From: an uncultured Gammaproteobacteria bacterium
Lineage (GTDB): Bacteria > Pseudomonadota > Gammaproteobacteria > UBA9214
Direction: 5' to 3'
DNA length: 64,000 bases
Assembly (NCBI GenBank): GCA_963773065.1
Contig: CAVYZN010000006.1
Coordinates: forward strand, 160,001-224,000
Below the pieces are notes generated by a model. That model had not been told where the DNA came from, searched no databases, and was given only the letters and a program-made list of their open reading frames with translations. The stretch's first letter is position 1. Each line of letters starts with the position of its first letter. Positions 31,445-41,900 of the stretch are shown here, one piece after another. The position numbers and the translations under genes are program-made.

Positions 31445-34045
31445 ATGACAGCTAGCTCGAAAAAAAGCCAGGATCCCGGATCAAAATTCAGCGTCGAAAT
31501 CCGACCGGTGCTGCCCAAGCGCTTCGCGCGGCTTGAGGAACTGGCAAACGACCTCTACTTCAGTTGGAACCGCACGGTCCGCGGCCTGTTCTGGCACCTG
31601 GACAAGGACTGCTGGAACGCCTGTTCGCACAACCCCAAGGTGTTCCTGCGCCGGGTTCGCCAGAGCAAGATCGACGCGGCGGCCGAAGACCCGATCCTGC
31701 TGACCGAGTATCGCCACGTTCTCACGGCCTACGATACCTACAAGGAACAGCAACCCATTATCCGCATCGGCAATTACCTGGACCGGGACAAGGATCTGGT
31801 GGCGTACTTCTCGGCGGAATACGGCTTCCACGAGAGCATGCCGATCTACGCCGGCGGGCTCGGCATACTCGCCGCCGACTACTGCAAGGCCATGAGCAAT
31901 CTGTGGGTGCCCTTCGTGGGCATCGGGATCCTCTACCGCCAGGGCTATTTCACCCAGCGCATCGATTGCGAAGGCGCGCAGATAGCCAACTTCCCGTACA
32001 CCGATCCCCGCGACCTGCCGGTCAACCCGGCCCTGGACGGCGCCGGCAACGAGGTCTTCGTGCGTCTGGATTTCCCGGGCCGGGTCGTGGAACTGAAGGT
32101 CTGGCAGGTACGCGCCGGCCATATCCGGCTGTTTCTACTCGACAGCGACGTGCCCGCCAACAGCCCGGATGACCGCGAGTTGACCGCTCAGCTCTACGGC
32201 GGCGACCTGAACATGCGCATCCAGCAGGAAATCATCCTCGGTATCGGCGGCACCCGCGCCTTGCGGGCGCTGGGACTGCGCCCGACCGTCTGGCACATCA
32301 ACGAAGGACATGCCGCCTTCCTCATCCTGGAACGCTGCAAGGAGAAGGTGCGTGACGGCATGGACTTCGACAGCGCGCTCGAACTGGTCGCCGCCAATAC
32401 GGCGTTTACCACCCACACCCCGGTGCCGGCCGGCCACGATGTCTTCGATTACGATTCCATGTCCCGCTATTTCGACGCCTGCATCAAGGATCTCGGCCTG
32501 AGCCGGCAGCAGTTCATGGATCTCGGCGCCAATCCGCGCAACCCGCACGGCTTCTCCACCACCACGCTGGCGTTGCGCGGCTCGCGCTTCCGCAACGGCG
32601 TCAGCCGCATCCACGGCGGCGTGGCGGCGGAAATGGAATCCTACCTCTGGCCCGACATCCAGACTTCGGAAAACCCGATCGGCTACATCACCAACGGGGC
32701 GGACGTCGACACCTACCTGGCGCGCTCCTGGGTGGCCCTGTTCGAGATGTACATGGGGGGTGGCTGGCGCGCCAAGCTCACCGACAAGAAGTTCTGGGAT
32801 GAGTTTATCGAGAGCATACCCGACCATGTCTTCATGAGCGTCCGGCAACTGCTCAAGGCGGCAGCCATCGAGGACATCCGCAACCGCGCGACCATGCAGT
32901 ACGAGCGCTGCGCGCAGACGAAGTCCCTGGCGCAACGACTCGTCGCCCATCTCACGCCGCGCCACCTCAACACCCTGCTGATCGGCTTCGCCCGCCGTTT
33001 CGCCACCTACAAGCGCGCCGGCATGATCTTCAAGGATCTCGACCGCCTCGCCCGGCTGGTCAACGACCCGGAGCGTCCCGTGATCCTGGTGTTCGCCGGC
33101 AAGGCCCACCCCAACGACGTTCCCGGGCAGGCCTTGCTCAGAGATATTTTCAGGATCAGCCTGCGGCCCGAATTCCAGGGCAAGATCATCCTGCTCGAGA
33201 ATTACAACCTGTCCATGACGCGCGAGCTTCTGCCCGGCGTCGATGTCTGGCTCAATACCCCGGAATACCCCCTGGAGGCCTGCGGCACCTCGGGCATGAA
33301 AGCCGCCATCAACGGCGCGATCAACCTCAGCGTACTGGATGGCTGGTGGGCGGAGGGCTATAACGGCGAGAATGGCTGGGCGATAACGCCGCATCCCGGT
33401 TTCGACTCGGAAACCCGCAACCGACTGGAATCCGAGGAGTTGATGAACATCATCGAATTCCAGGTGATCCCGGCCTATTACGCGCGCAACAGCGACGGGG
33501 AGCCGGAAGTCTGGACGAAGAAGGCGAAGGCCTCCATGAAATCCATCCTGCCGCAGTTCAACACCATCCGCATGGCGCTCGACTACCTGAACGATTCCTA
33601 CGCGCCGGCGGCGCGGCAGGGACGCCGGCTGGCCGAGCAGCAATACGCGGGCGCCCGGGAACTGGCCCGCTGGAAAAAGAAGATCAGGGAGACCTGGCCC
33701 AGTGTTCGCGCCCGCCTGCCGGCGCCGCTGGCCACCTCGGTCCAGGCCGGCGAGTCCGTATCACTGGAGGTCGCGGTCCACTTGAATGGGCTCGACGCCG
33801 GTGACATCGTCGTGGAGTGCGTACTGGGCGACGAATCCGTGGCCGGGGAATTCATCGCGACGAATCGCATACCGTTCACGCTGGTCGGACAGAACCCGGA
33901 GGGTGAGACCCTGTACCACTGCGATCTCTTCGACAGCGACCAGTCCTGCCGGGTAGGCGGACTGCATCAGTTCAAGGTCAGGGTCTACCCGAGCCATGAA
34001 CTGCTGAGCCATCCGTTCGAATGCGGCCGCATGCTCTGGCTCTAA
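31445..34045 (+). CDS. glgP: Alpha-glucan (glycogen) phosphorylase
   Basis: YAGGLGILAADY, HINEGHA, ARRFATYKR, EACGTSGMKAAING. Confidence 0.93.
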   Translation: MTASSKKSQDPGSKFSVEIRPVLPKRFARLEELANDLYFSWNRTVRGLFWHLDKDCWNACSHNPKVFLRRVRQSKIDAAAEDPILLTEYRHVLTAYDTYKEQQPIIRIGNYLDRDKDLVAYFSAEYGFHESMPIYAGGLGILAADYCKAMSNLWVPFVGIGILYRQGYFTQRIDCEGAQIANFPYTDPRDLPVNPALDGAGNEVFVRLDFPGRVVELKVWQVRAGHIRLFLLDSDVPANSPDDRELTAQLYGGDLNMRIQQEIILGIGGTRALRALGLRPTVWHINEGHAAFLILERCKEKVRDGMDFDSALELVAANTAFTTHTPVPAGHDVFDYDSMSRYFDACIKDLGLSRQQFMDLGANPRNPHGFSTTTLALRGSRFRNGVSRIHGGVAAEMESYLWPDIQTSENPIGYITNGADVDTYLARSWVALFEMYMGGGWRAKLTDKKFWDEFIESIPDHVFMSVRQLLKAAAIEDIRNRATMQYERCAQTKSLAQRLVAHLTPRHLNTLLIGFARRFATYKRAGMIFKDLDRLARLVNDPERPVILVFAGKAHPNDVPGQALLRDIFRISLRPEFQGKIILLENYNLSMTRELLPGVDVWLNTPEYPLEACGTSGMKAAINGAINLSVLDGWWAEGYNGENGWAITPHPGFDSETRNRLESEELMNIIEFQVIPAYYARNSDGEPEVWTKKAKASMKSILPQFNTIRMALDYLNDSYAPAARQGRRLAEQQYAGARELARWKKKIRETWPSVRARLPAPLATSVQAGESVSLEVAVHLNGLDAGDIVVECVLGDESVAGEFIATNRIPFTLVGQNPEGETLYHCDLFDSDQSCRVGGLHQFKVRVYPSHELLSHPFECGRMLWL

Positions 34046-34290
34046 CGGTGTCCGTCGGCAAACACTTTCTCACCGCAGAGACGCGAAGAATGCGAAGCTG
34101 AGAATTGATTATTAATAAATAACTGTCGCGAAAGCTCACGCGACATTCACGGATTGAAACCGGACAATTCGATCCCTTCCGTGACGTTGCCGTGCAATTG
34201 TCCGGCGTCTGGGCTTAATTAGCATCCTGACCCGTCACGCGGCACGGGGTATAATGCCCGGCTCACCCGACCCATCAGCCAGGAATTGCC

Positions 34291-35007
34291 ATGCGACCCA
34301 GTCAACGCGCCCCCGATGAATTACGCCATGTACGCATCACCCGCAACTACACCAAACATGCCGAAGGCTCCGTGCTGGTGGAATTCGGCGATACCCGGGT
34401 GTTGTGCAATGCCTCCGTCGAGGAGCGCCTGCCGCCCTTTCTCAGGGGCAAGGGGGAAGGCTGGGTCACGGCGGAATACGGCATGCTGCCGCGTTCCACC
34501 AGCAGCCGCATGAACCGCGAAGCGGCCCACGGCCGGCAGGGCGGGCGCACCCAGGAGATCCAGCGCCTGATCGGACGCTCGTTGCGCGCGGTCGTGGACA
34601 TGAAGGCCCTGGGCGAGCGTTCCATCACCATCGACTGCGATGTCATACAGGCCGACGGGGGCACCCGCACGGCCAGCATCACCGGCGGCTACGTGGCGCT
34701 GGTCGACGCCGTCCAGTCGCTGCTGGACCACAAGGTCCTGAGCAGGAACCCGCTCATCGGCCGGGTCGCCTCCGTCTCGGTCGGCATTTACCAGGGCACG
34801 CCGGTGCTCGATCTCGATTACCCCGAGGATTGCGGCGCCGAAACCGACATGAATGTCGTCATGAACGACGCCGGCCAGTTCATCGAGGTGCAGGGCACGG
34901 CCGAAGGACATCCCTTCAACCATGCGGAACTCGATGCCATGCTGGCGCTGGCCCGCAAGGGCATCGAGCAACTGCTCACCGAGCAGCGCCAGGCGCTGGA
35001 GCGCTAA
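34291..35007 (+). CDS. rph: Ribonuclease PH
   Basis: [38 protein letters not shown]. Confidence 0.97.
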   Translation: MRPSQRAPDELRHVRITRNYTKHAEGSVLVEFGDTRVLCNASVEERLPPFLRGKGEGWVTAEYGMLPRSTSSRMNREAAHGRQGGRTQEIQRLIGRSLRAVVDMKALGERSITIDCDVIQADGGTRTASITGGYVALVDAVQSLLDHKVLSRNPLIGRVASVSVGIYQGTPVLDLDYPEDCGAETDMNVVMNDAGQFIEVQGTAEGHPFNHAELDAMLALARKGIEQLLTEQRQALER

Positions 35008-35011
35008 CCCG

Positions 35012-35608
35012 GTGAAGCAGCTCGTGCTCGCGAGCGGCAACCCGGGCAAGGTGCGCGAGATCAATCAGTTGCTCGCCGAGATTGACCTGAATGTCGTGCC
35101 GCAAAGCGAATACGGCGTAGTCGAAGCCGAGGAAACCGGCCTGACGTTCGTCGAGAACGCCATCCTCAAGGCCCGCAACGCCGCGCTGCACACCGGTCTG
35201 CCCGCCATCGCGGACGATTCCGGCATCGAGGTGGATGCCCTGAACGGCGCGCCGGGGATTTATTCGGCGCGTTACGCCGGCGCCGGCGCGAGCGACCGGG
35301 CCAATCTGGAGAAACTGCTTGCCGACCTGGCCGGGGTGACGGAGGCGCGGCGCACCGCCCGCTTCCAGTGCCTGATGGTCTGCCTGCGGCACGCGCACGA
35401 TCCCACGCCCCTGATCTGCCAGGGAACCTGGGAAGGCCGCATCCTGTTCGCGCCCCGGGGCGAGAACGGCTTCGGCTACGACCCCGTGTTCCATGTGCCC
35501 ACGCACGATTGTTCCTCGGCCGAACTCCCGCCCGAGGTCAAGAATGCCCTCAGCCACCGCGGCCAGGCCCTGCGGAAACTGCTTGATGCCCTGAGAAGTA
35601 AGAAGTAA
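35012..35608 (+). CDS. rdgB: Non-canonical purine NTP pyrophosphatase
   Basis: [23 protein letters not shown]; GTG start at 35012. Confidence 0.96.
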   Translation: MKQLVLASGNPGKVREINQLLAEIDLNVVPQSEYGVVEAEETGLTFVENAILKARNAALHTGLPAIADDSGIEVDALNGAPGIYSARYAGAGASDRANLEKLLADLAGVTEARRTARFQCLMVCLRHAHDPTPLICQGTWEGRILFAPRGENGFGYDPVFHVPTHDCSSAELPPEVKNALSHRGQALRKLLDALRSKK

Positions 35609-35808
35609 ATAAAGTAAGAAGTAATAAAGTGAGAGGTGAAAAACATCATGTCAGGGAAGGATGGTAATTCACGCCTGCTGGCTATCCTTGATTGATGTAA
35701 ACGCAGGATTCTTGATTTCAGCGGTCATCATCGACAACCCGAGAATTCACATGCCACCCTTCACTTCTCAACTTCATTACTTCTCACTTCTAACTTTTGA
35801 CTTTTCAC
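35592..35808. repeat. Two inverted tracts of degenerate 7-bp tandem repeats (AAGTRAG / CTYACTT)
   Basis: 35592-35640 (tgagaagtaagaagtaaataaagtaagaagtaataaagtgagaggtgaa) and 35761-35808 (tcacttctcaacttcattacttctcacttctaacttt...). Confidence 0.7.
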
Positions 35809-35817
35809 ACTGAAATA

Positions 35818-37003
35818 ATGTTCGAGTTCACCGCCCCGCCGCCGCTCACCCTGTACATTCACCTGCCGTGGTGCGTGCGCAAATGCCCCTATTGCGACTT
35901 CAACTCGCATGAAGTACGCGCGGCGGTTCCGGAGCAGGCGTACGTCGAGGCGTTGATCTTCGATCTCGAGCGGGACCTGCCGTTGGTGTGGGGACGCACC
36001 GTCGAGGCCATCTTCATCGGCGGCGGGACACCCAGCTTGTTTTCACCCGAGTGGATCGATCATCTGCTCGGCGCGGTACGTGCGCGCGTGCCGCTCAAGC
36101 CCGGCGCCGAGATCACGCTGGAAGCCAACCCCGGTACCGTGGACCAGGCGCGGTTCCGGGGGTTTCGCGAGGCCGGCGTCAACCGCCTCTCGCTCGGCAT
36201 CCAGAGTTTTCAGCCCGGGCTGCTCGAAAACATCGGGCGCATCCACGACGACCGGCAGGCGCTCGCGGCCGTGCGCGCCGCGCAGGCCGCCGGCTTCGAC
36301 AACATCAACCTCGACCTGATGTTCGGCCTGCCGGGACAGGACATCGAGGCGGCGCTGGCTGACTTGCGCATCGCCATCGAACTGCAGCCGGCGCATGTTT
36401 CCTGGTATGAACTCACCATCGAGCCCAATACCTGGTTTCATCGCCATCCGCCGTCGCGCCCCGGCGATGAGACCTTGTGGCGCATGCAGCAGGAGGGTCT
36501 CGCCCTGCTTAAGGCAGGCGGCTACCGCCGCTATGAAGTTTCCGCCTATGCCCGCGCAGGCCGGGAGTGCCGGCACAACCTGAATTACTGGCGTTTCGGC
36601 GATTACCTCGGCATCGGCGCCGGCGCGCACGGCAAGCTGACCGATACCGCACGGCAGACGGTGACGCGTCTCGCGAAGACCCGGCATCCGGCCCGCTATA
36701 TGGAAAGCGCCCGGAACCGGGAACGCCTCGGCGCCGAGACGCCGTTGTCAGCGCGGGATGTGGTGCTGGAATTCGCCATGAATGCCCTGCGACTCGACGC
36801 CGGTTTCACGGTTGCCGGCTTTCGCGAGGCGACCGGACTGCCCTTCAGCGCCGCCGCTGAAGCGCTCGGCGCGTCAATCGAACGCGGCCTGCTCGAGATG
36901 AGACCAGGATGTCATCCGCGCCACGCCACGGGGCCAGCGCTACCTGGATGAGTTGCTGCAATACTGGATAGCGGAGGAACCACGGGATGCTCGAATCGGC
37001 TGA
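35818..37003 (+). CDS. hemW: Radical SAM heme chaperone HemW; frameshift near 36900
   Basis: YIHLPWCVRKCPYCDFNS, GGGTPS, HNLNYWRFGDYLGIGAGAHG; follows rdgB. Confidence 0.93.
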
Positions 37004-37175
37004 GATCGTATGCCCCTATTGCGGGGAGTGTTTTGAAACCCATGTCGACTTGAGCGGCGGCGAGCAGAATTACATCGAGGATTGTCCGGTCTGCTGCCGG
37101 CCGATTGAGTTTCACCTCGAAACGGGACTCGCCGGTGAACTCGTATCACTCACTCCCCGTCGCGACGATGACTGA
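36987..37175 (+). CDS. CPXCG-motif cysteine-rich small protein
   Basis: CPYCGE...YIEDCPVCCRPI. Confidence 0.85.
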   Translation: MLESAEIVCPYCGECFETHVDLSGGEQNYIEDCPVCCRPIEFHLETGLAGELVSLTPRRDDD

Positions 37176-37337
37176 CGGCAATGCGCGCAGCCAAATTCTG
37201 ACACCACTGAATGGCGCCACGCCTCACCGCGGCTTCCTGATACTCCGATTCGATCTGAAACCCCGTGTCGGCGTCCTGCCGCCCGGGCTGTACCCGCCGG
37301 CGTACGTACGCCGACACATCGGGATCAACGCCGTGCC

Positions 37338-37688
37338 TTACGCGGCCTTGAGGGTGACATGGGCCTCTTCACCGAGGATCTTGAAGATGTTGTTGAAATC
37401 CGCCTTGGCGGTTTCGACGAACACCCCGATCTCGCCCATCACGCAGACCGAATAATCGCCGGCCGCGACCGCCCATCCATGGAAGGGTGTCCACTTCATG
37501 CCGCTGATGCGGGTGAAGGTTTCCGCCTGTGTGGTACCCATCAGCGAGTTGGCGGCACACATCCTAGCAACCAGTTCGGCGATGTCTTCACTCAGTTCAC
37601 CCTTGTAGCTGACGAGTTCGCCGACCGGCGTCAACTCAAAGCCTGCAACGGCACCCGACAGCCCCATCAATCTTTTGAGATTTGCCAT
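37338..37688 (-). CDS. Small conserved protein, DUF2173-like
   Basis: 116 aa, good RBS (GGAGG); ARMCAAN, SGMKWTPFHGWAV, ADFNNIF recalled as DUF2173-type motifs. Confidence 0.65.
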   Translation of the reverse strand: MANLKRLMGLSGAVAGFELTPVGELVSYKGELSEDIAELVARMCAANSLMGTTQAETFTRISGMKWTPFHGWAVAAGDYSVCVMGEIGVFVETAKADFNNIFKILGEEAHVTLKAA

Positions 37689-37959
37689 TGTTCACCTCCT
37701 CCGGCATTGCACCGGATTCATGGCGGCGGACATACCATTAGGTACGTCCGCGCTTCTAAGTATAGTGCTTCGACGTGACGGTACTACCCTGATCGCTGCC
37801 GGGGAATTATTGCTGACGCCACTCGAAGGAGACGCTGTTTGATTCGCGATGATGGCCGCCCCACCGTTATTTCAGCGAATCTTATCCAGACTATAATACT
37901 CAACTATACAAGCCGACCTTTTGCCGCAGGCCGTTTAAACGTGAGGACACGATAATAAT

Positions 37960-39565
37960 ATGGACACTTCAGTCGAGCAGGCCCAACGAGTACGTTTCTG
38001 GAACACCGACCCGAGGGTACGCGGCATCGTGGACAATGTCGCCGATGCGGTGATCGGGATCGATGTGCGCGGCTGACATCGAGCTGTTCAACCCGGTCGC
38101 CGAACACCTGTTCGGGTATTCCGCGGCGGAGGTCATGGGCCGCAATGTCAAGCTGCTGGCGGCGCCCGAATACAGCCACCGGCACGACGAGTTCATCGCC
38201 AACTATCTCAAGACCGGTGAGCGCCACATCATCGGCATCGGCCGTGAGGTGGAAGGCCGGCGCAAGGACGGCACCACCTTCCCCATGTACCTGTCGGTGG
38301 GGGAGGTGAAAGTCGGGGGATTCCACGGCTTCATCGGCATCATCCATGACCTGACGTCGCAAAAGGCCGCCGAACAGGCGTTAAGGGGGGCACGCGCCTA
38401 CCTGCAGGACATCATCGACTCCATGCCGTCCATCCTGGTCGGGGTGGATGCGGAGGGGCGCGTCACCCACTGGAATCAGGCGGCGGTCAGCGAGCAGGGA
38501 AAGACCGCCGCGCAGGCCATTGGACGCCCGCTGGCCGAGCTGTTCCCGTTTCTGGAGCGGCAGATTGGGGACGTGGGGCGGGCGATCCGGGAAGGCCAAC
38601 TGGTCCGCAGCGAGCGCCTGCTCCTGCAGGACGGGGACACCAGCCGCTATATCGATGTGGTGGTCTATCCGCTCAACTCCGGTGATGGCGCCGGCGCCGT
38701 GGTGCGCATCGATGACGTTTCCGAGCGTGTGCGCATCGAGGAGACGATGGTGCAGTCGGAGAAGATGCTGTCGGTAGGAGGGCTCGCCGCCGGCATGGCG
38801 CATGAGATCAACAATCCACTGGGGATCATCGCCCAGAGCTGCCAGAATTTTGCGCGCCGGCTGTCGGACGATATTCCCCAGAACCAGGCGGTGGCGAAAG
38901 AGCTGGGGCTGGATCTGGGGCGGATGCGGACCTACCTGGAGCGCCGCGGCCTGCTGCGCTTTCTCGAGGGCATGCAGGAGGCAACCGCGCGCGCCAGCCG
39001 CATCGTGGCGGACATGCTGGCCTACAGCCGGCGCAGCACCTCGAGCTTCGTGCCCACCCGCATGACCGAGCTGGTGGAAACGGTGTTGCGCCTGGCGAGC
39101 CATGACTATGACGTAAAGAAGAGCTACGACTTCCGGCGCATCGCGATCCGCCGCGACTTCGACGCCCCGTCGGATATGGTGTTCTGCGAGCCCACGGCCA
39201 TCGAGCAAGTGCTGCTGAACCTGCTCAAGAACGCCGCCCAGGCCATGTCCGCCAATCCGCGGCAGGCAGCGCCGCAAATCATCCTGCGCCTGCGCGACGA
39301 GGGCGATTGGGTGCGACTGGAGGTGGAGGACAACGGCCCGGGGATGTCCGAAGAGGTCAGCCGCCGCCTGTTCGAACCCTTCTTCACGACCAAGCCGGTG
39401 GGCGTGGGCACAGGACTCGGCCTGGCCGTGGCCTATTTCATCGTCACCGAGCAGCATCACGGCAGCCTGCGAGTTGAATCGCCGCCCGGCGGCGGTGCGC
39501 GCTTCATCCTGCGTCTGCCGCGACAGGAGGACCGCCATGGCGCCGACAGTCCTGATCGTCGATGA
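37960..39565 (+). CDS. PAS-PAS sensor histidine kinase; frameshift near 38070
   Basis: FixL-like PAS (IIGIGREVEGRRKDGTTFP), H-box AHEINNPL, NLLKNA, DNGPG, GTGLGL. Confidence 0.9.
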
Positions 39566-39914
39566 CGAGGCACCCATCTGCGACAACCTGGCGGCCTACC
39601 TGGAAGACGACGGCCTGCGGGTGCAGGTGGCTCACTCCGGCGAGGAAGCCCTGCGACTGGTCGAGGCGGGGCTCGAGGTACAGGTGTGCATCCTGGACCT
39701 GCGCCTGCCCGGCATGGACGGCAACCAGACCGCGCTGGCGCTGCACCGCATCGCGCCCGGGATCCGCTTTCTGATCCATACGGGATCGACCGATTACACG
39801 CCCTCGCCGGATCTGGGCGGCATCGGCGTCAGCCCCGCGCACCTGTTCAACAAACCGGTGGCGGACATGTCGCGGCTGGTGCAGGCGGTACGTCTTCTGT
39901 GTCCCACCCACTGA
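39537..39914 (+). CDS. Single-domain response regulator
   Basis: VLIVDDE, ILDLRLPGMDG, HTG, KP. Confidence 0.88.
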   Translation: MAPTVLIVDDEAPICDNLAAYLEDDGLRVQVAHSGEEALRLVEAGLEVQVCILDLRLPGMDGNQTALALHRIAPGIRFLIHTGSTDYTPSPDLGGIGVSPAHLFNKPVADMSRLVQAVRLLCPTH

Positions 39915-41143
39915 TCGCAACGACCGCGACCCCGGCCGAGACCCGGATACTGGTCGTCGACGACGACAACATGATGCGTTTCAACATCGCCGGCTATCTG
40001 GAGGACAGCGGCTATGACGTCTGTGAGGCGGTGGACGGGTCCGCCGCCATCGCGGCGGTGCGCGACCGGCCACCCGATCTGGTGCTCTGCGACCTGCGCA
40101 TGCCGGGAATGGATGGGATCGACGTGATGCGGGCGTTGCACAACGGGTATCCGGAGCTACCGGTCATCGCGGTTTCGGGAACCGGCGTTTTGAACGACGC
40201 CGTGGACGCGCTGCGGGCGGGCGCGTGGGATTTCGTCGTCAAGCCGATCCTGAACATGGCGGTGCTGGAGCACGCCGTGACCGGCGCCCTGCAAAAGGCC
40301 AGGCTGATCCGGGACAACCGCCGTTACCAGCAGGATATGGAACAGGCCAACCGGACCCTGCGGGACAATCTGCAGCAGATGCGGGAAGACGCCGATGCGG
40401 CGCGCCGGATCCAGCGGCAGATCATGCCGGAGCGCGAGCTGCGCTTCGGCCCCTATGGCGTGAGCCGCTGCCTGCTGCCATCCCTGGTCATGAGCGGCGA
40501 CTTCGTCGACTACTTCGCCATCGAACCCGGCCATATCGGCTTCTACCTGGCCGACGTGTCCGGCCACGGCGTTTCCTCCGCCTTCGTGACGGTGTTGCTC
40601 AAGAGCTATGTGAACCGCCAACTGGAACGCCTGGTCAAAGACGGCAACGCCATGGTGCGGGAACCACAGCACTTGTTGGCGCACCTGAATCACACCCTGC
40701 TCGACCAGCGGCTGGAAAAATATCTGACGATTTTCTACGCTGTGATCGACAGCGACAGCAACCGCCTGGATTACAGCTTCGGCGGCCATTTCCCCAGCCC
40801 GGTGCTGTTCGACGGCACGCGTGCGCGCTTTCTGCCCGGCCGGGGTCCGCCCATCGGCCTGTTCCGTGACGCCGTCTACGACGGGGATAGCCTGCCACTT
40901 CCGGAGCGTTTCACCCTGGCCCTGTTTTCCGACGGCATCCTGGAGGTGCTTCCCGAGAAATCACTGGAGCACAAGCAGGCGCGTCTGCTGAAGGCGCTGG
41001 AGGCATTGGATACCAACGCCGACGGCCTGATCGCCAGCCTGGGACTGAGCGGCGGTCAGGGCTATCCCGATGACATCACCCTGCTGCTTGCTGAAACGGG
41101 ATCGCTAGTCCGCATTGATCAATGGACGCGGTGGACGCGGTAG
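39899..41143 (+). CDS. Receiver + PP2C/SpoIIE phosphatase (Pseudomonas RssB-like)
   Basis: ILVVDDD, CDLRMPGMDG, then SGDFVDYF, ADVSGHG, FSDG, DDIT. Confidence 0.88.
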   Translation: MSHPLIATTATPAETRILVVDDDNMMRFNIAGYLEDSGYDVCEAVDGSAAIAAVRDRPPDLVLCDLRMPGMDGIDVMRALHNGYPELPVIAVSGTGVLNDAVDALRAGAWDFVVKPILNMAVLEHAVTGALQKARLIRDNRRYQQDMEQANRTLRDNLQQMREDADAARRIQRQIMPERELRFGPYGVSRCLLPSLVMSGDFVDYFAIEPGHIGFYLADVSGHGVSSAFVTVLLKSYVNRQLERLVKDGNAMVREPQHLLAHLNHTLLDQRLEKYLTIFYAVIDSDSNRLDYSFGGHFPSPVLFDGTRARFLPGRGPPIGLFRDAVYDGDSLPLPERFTLALFSDGILEVLPEKSLEHKQARLLKALEALDTNADGLIASLGLSGGQGYPDDITLLLAETGSLVRIDQWTRWTR

Positions 41144-41242
41144 AACGATATCAGGCATTGAGGGATTGCAAATGTTGCCGACTCGGGAAAAGACGGTGTG
41201 TTTCCGGGAAGTGCCTGTCCCTGAGAGTACCGCAGGTTAGGC

Positions 41243-41737
41243 ATGGCGAGCGGCTCGGCACGTTATGCCAAAGACGCCGGCACCTGGGTCCTGCGGCTCG
41301 CCGGGGACGTGCGCCACCCGCTGGCTCCCGCCCTCAATGCCCTGCTGGACCAGGCCTTCGAGGACACGGCGCTCACTCACTTCGTGATCGACCTGTCCGC
41401 CACCGAGGCCATCGACAGCACCTGCCTCGGCATCCTGGCGCGCATCACCAATCACCTGTCCGGGCGCGGGCTCGGCAGGCCGGCCATCATTTCCCCCAAC
41501 GCCGATGTCACCACGCTGCTGCGCGTGGTCTGTTTCGACCGCCTGTTCCACCTGGTGACGGAGTCCCCCGTTGACCCGCAACGGTTGGAGCCGGTGGCGG
41601 CGCTGGCAGTAAACGAGCGCGAGATGCTGACCCTGGTCCTGGAGGCCCACCGCCGGTTGTGTGCCATCGACGCGCGGACCCATGCGGTGTTCCAGGACGT
41701 GGTGACCGCCCTGGAGACGGAGCAGCGCGGGAACTGA
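41243..41737 (+). CDS. STAS-domain anti-anti-sigma factor
   Basis: LRLAGDVR, IDLSATEAIDSTCLG (phosphorylatable DS motif). Confidence 0.85.
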   Translation: MASGSARYAKDAGTWVLRLAGDVRHPLAPALNALLDQAFEDTALTHFVIDLSATEAIDSTCLGILARITNHLSGRGLGRPAIISPNADVTTLLRVVCFDRLFHLVTESPVDPQRLEPVAALAVNEREMLTLVLEAHRRLCAIDARTHAVFQDVVTALETEQRGN

Positions 41738-41900
41738 ATGGCGTTGTCCTTTCCCCGGATCACCCGCCGGGTTTCTCCGCGCATCCCGTTAGTCCCGGAC
41801 TTATCCCTGCACGCGCCGCGGACGGTGGAGCTATGCTTGTTTATGACGCCGCTCTGGAGGAGACGGCGGCGTGACCCGATTCTCGATACGGTGTGCCGGC

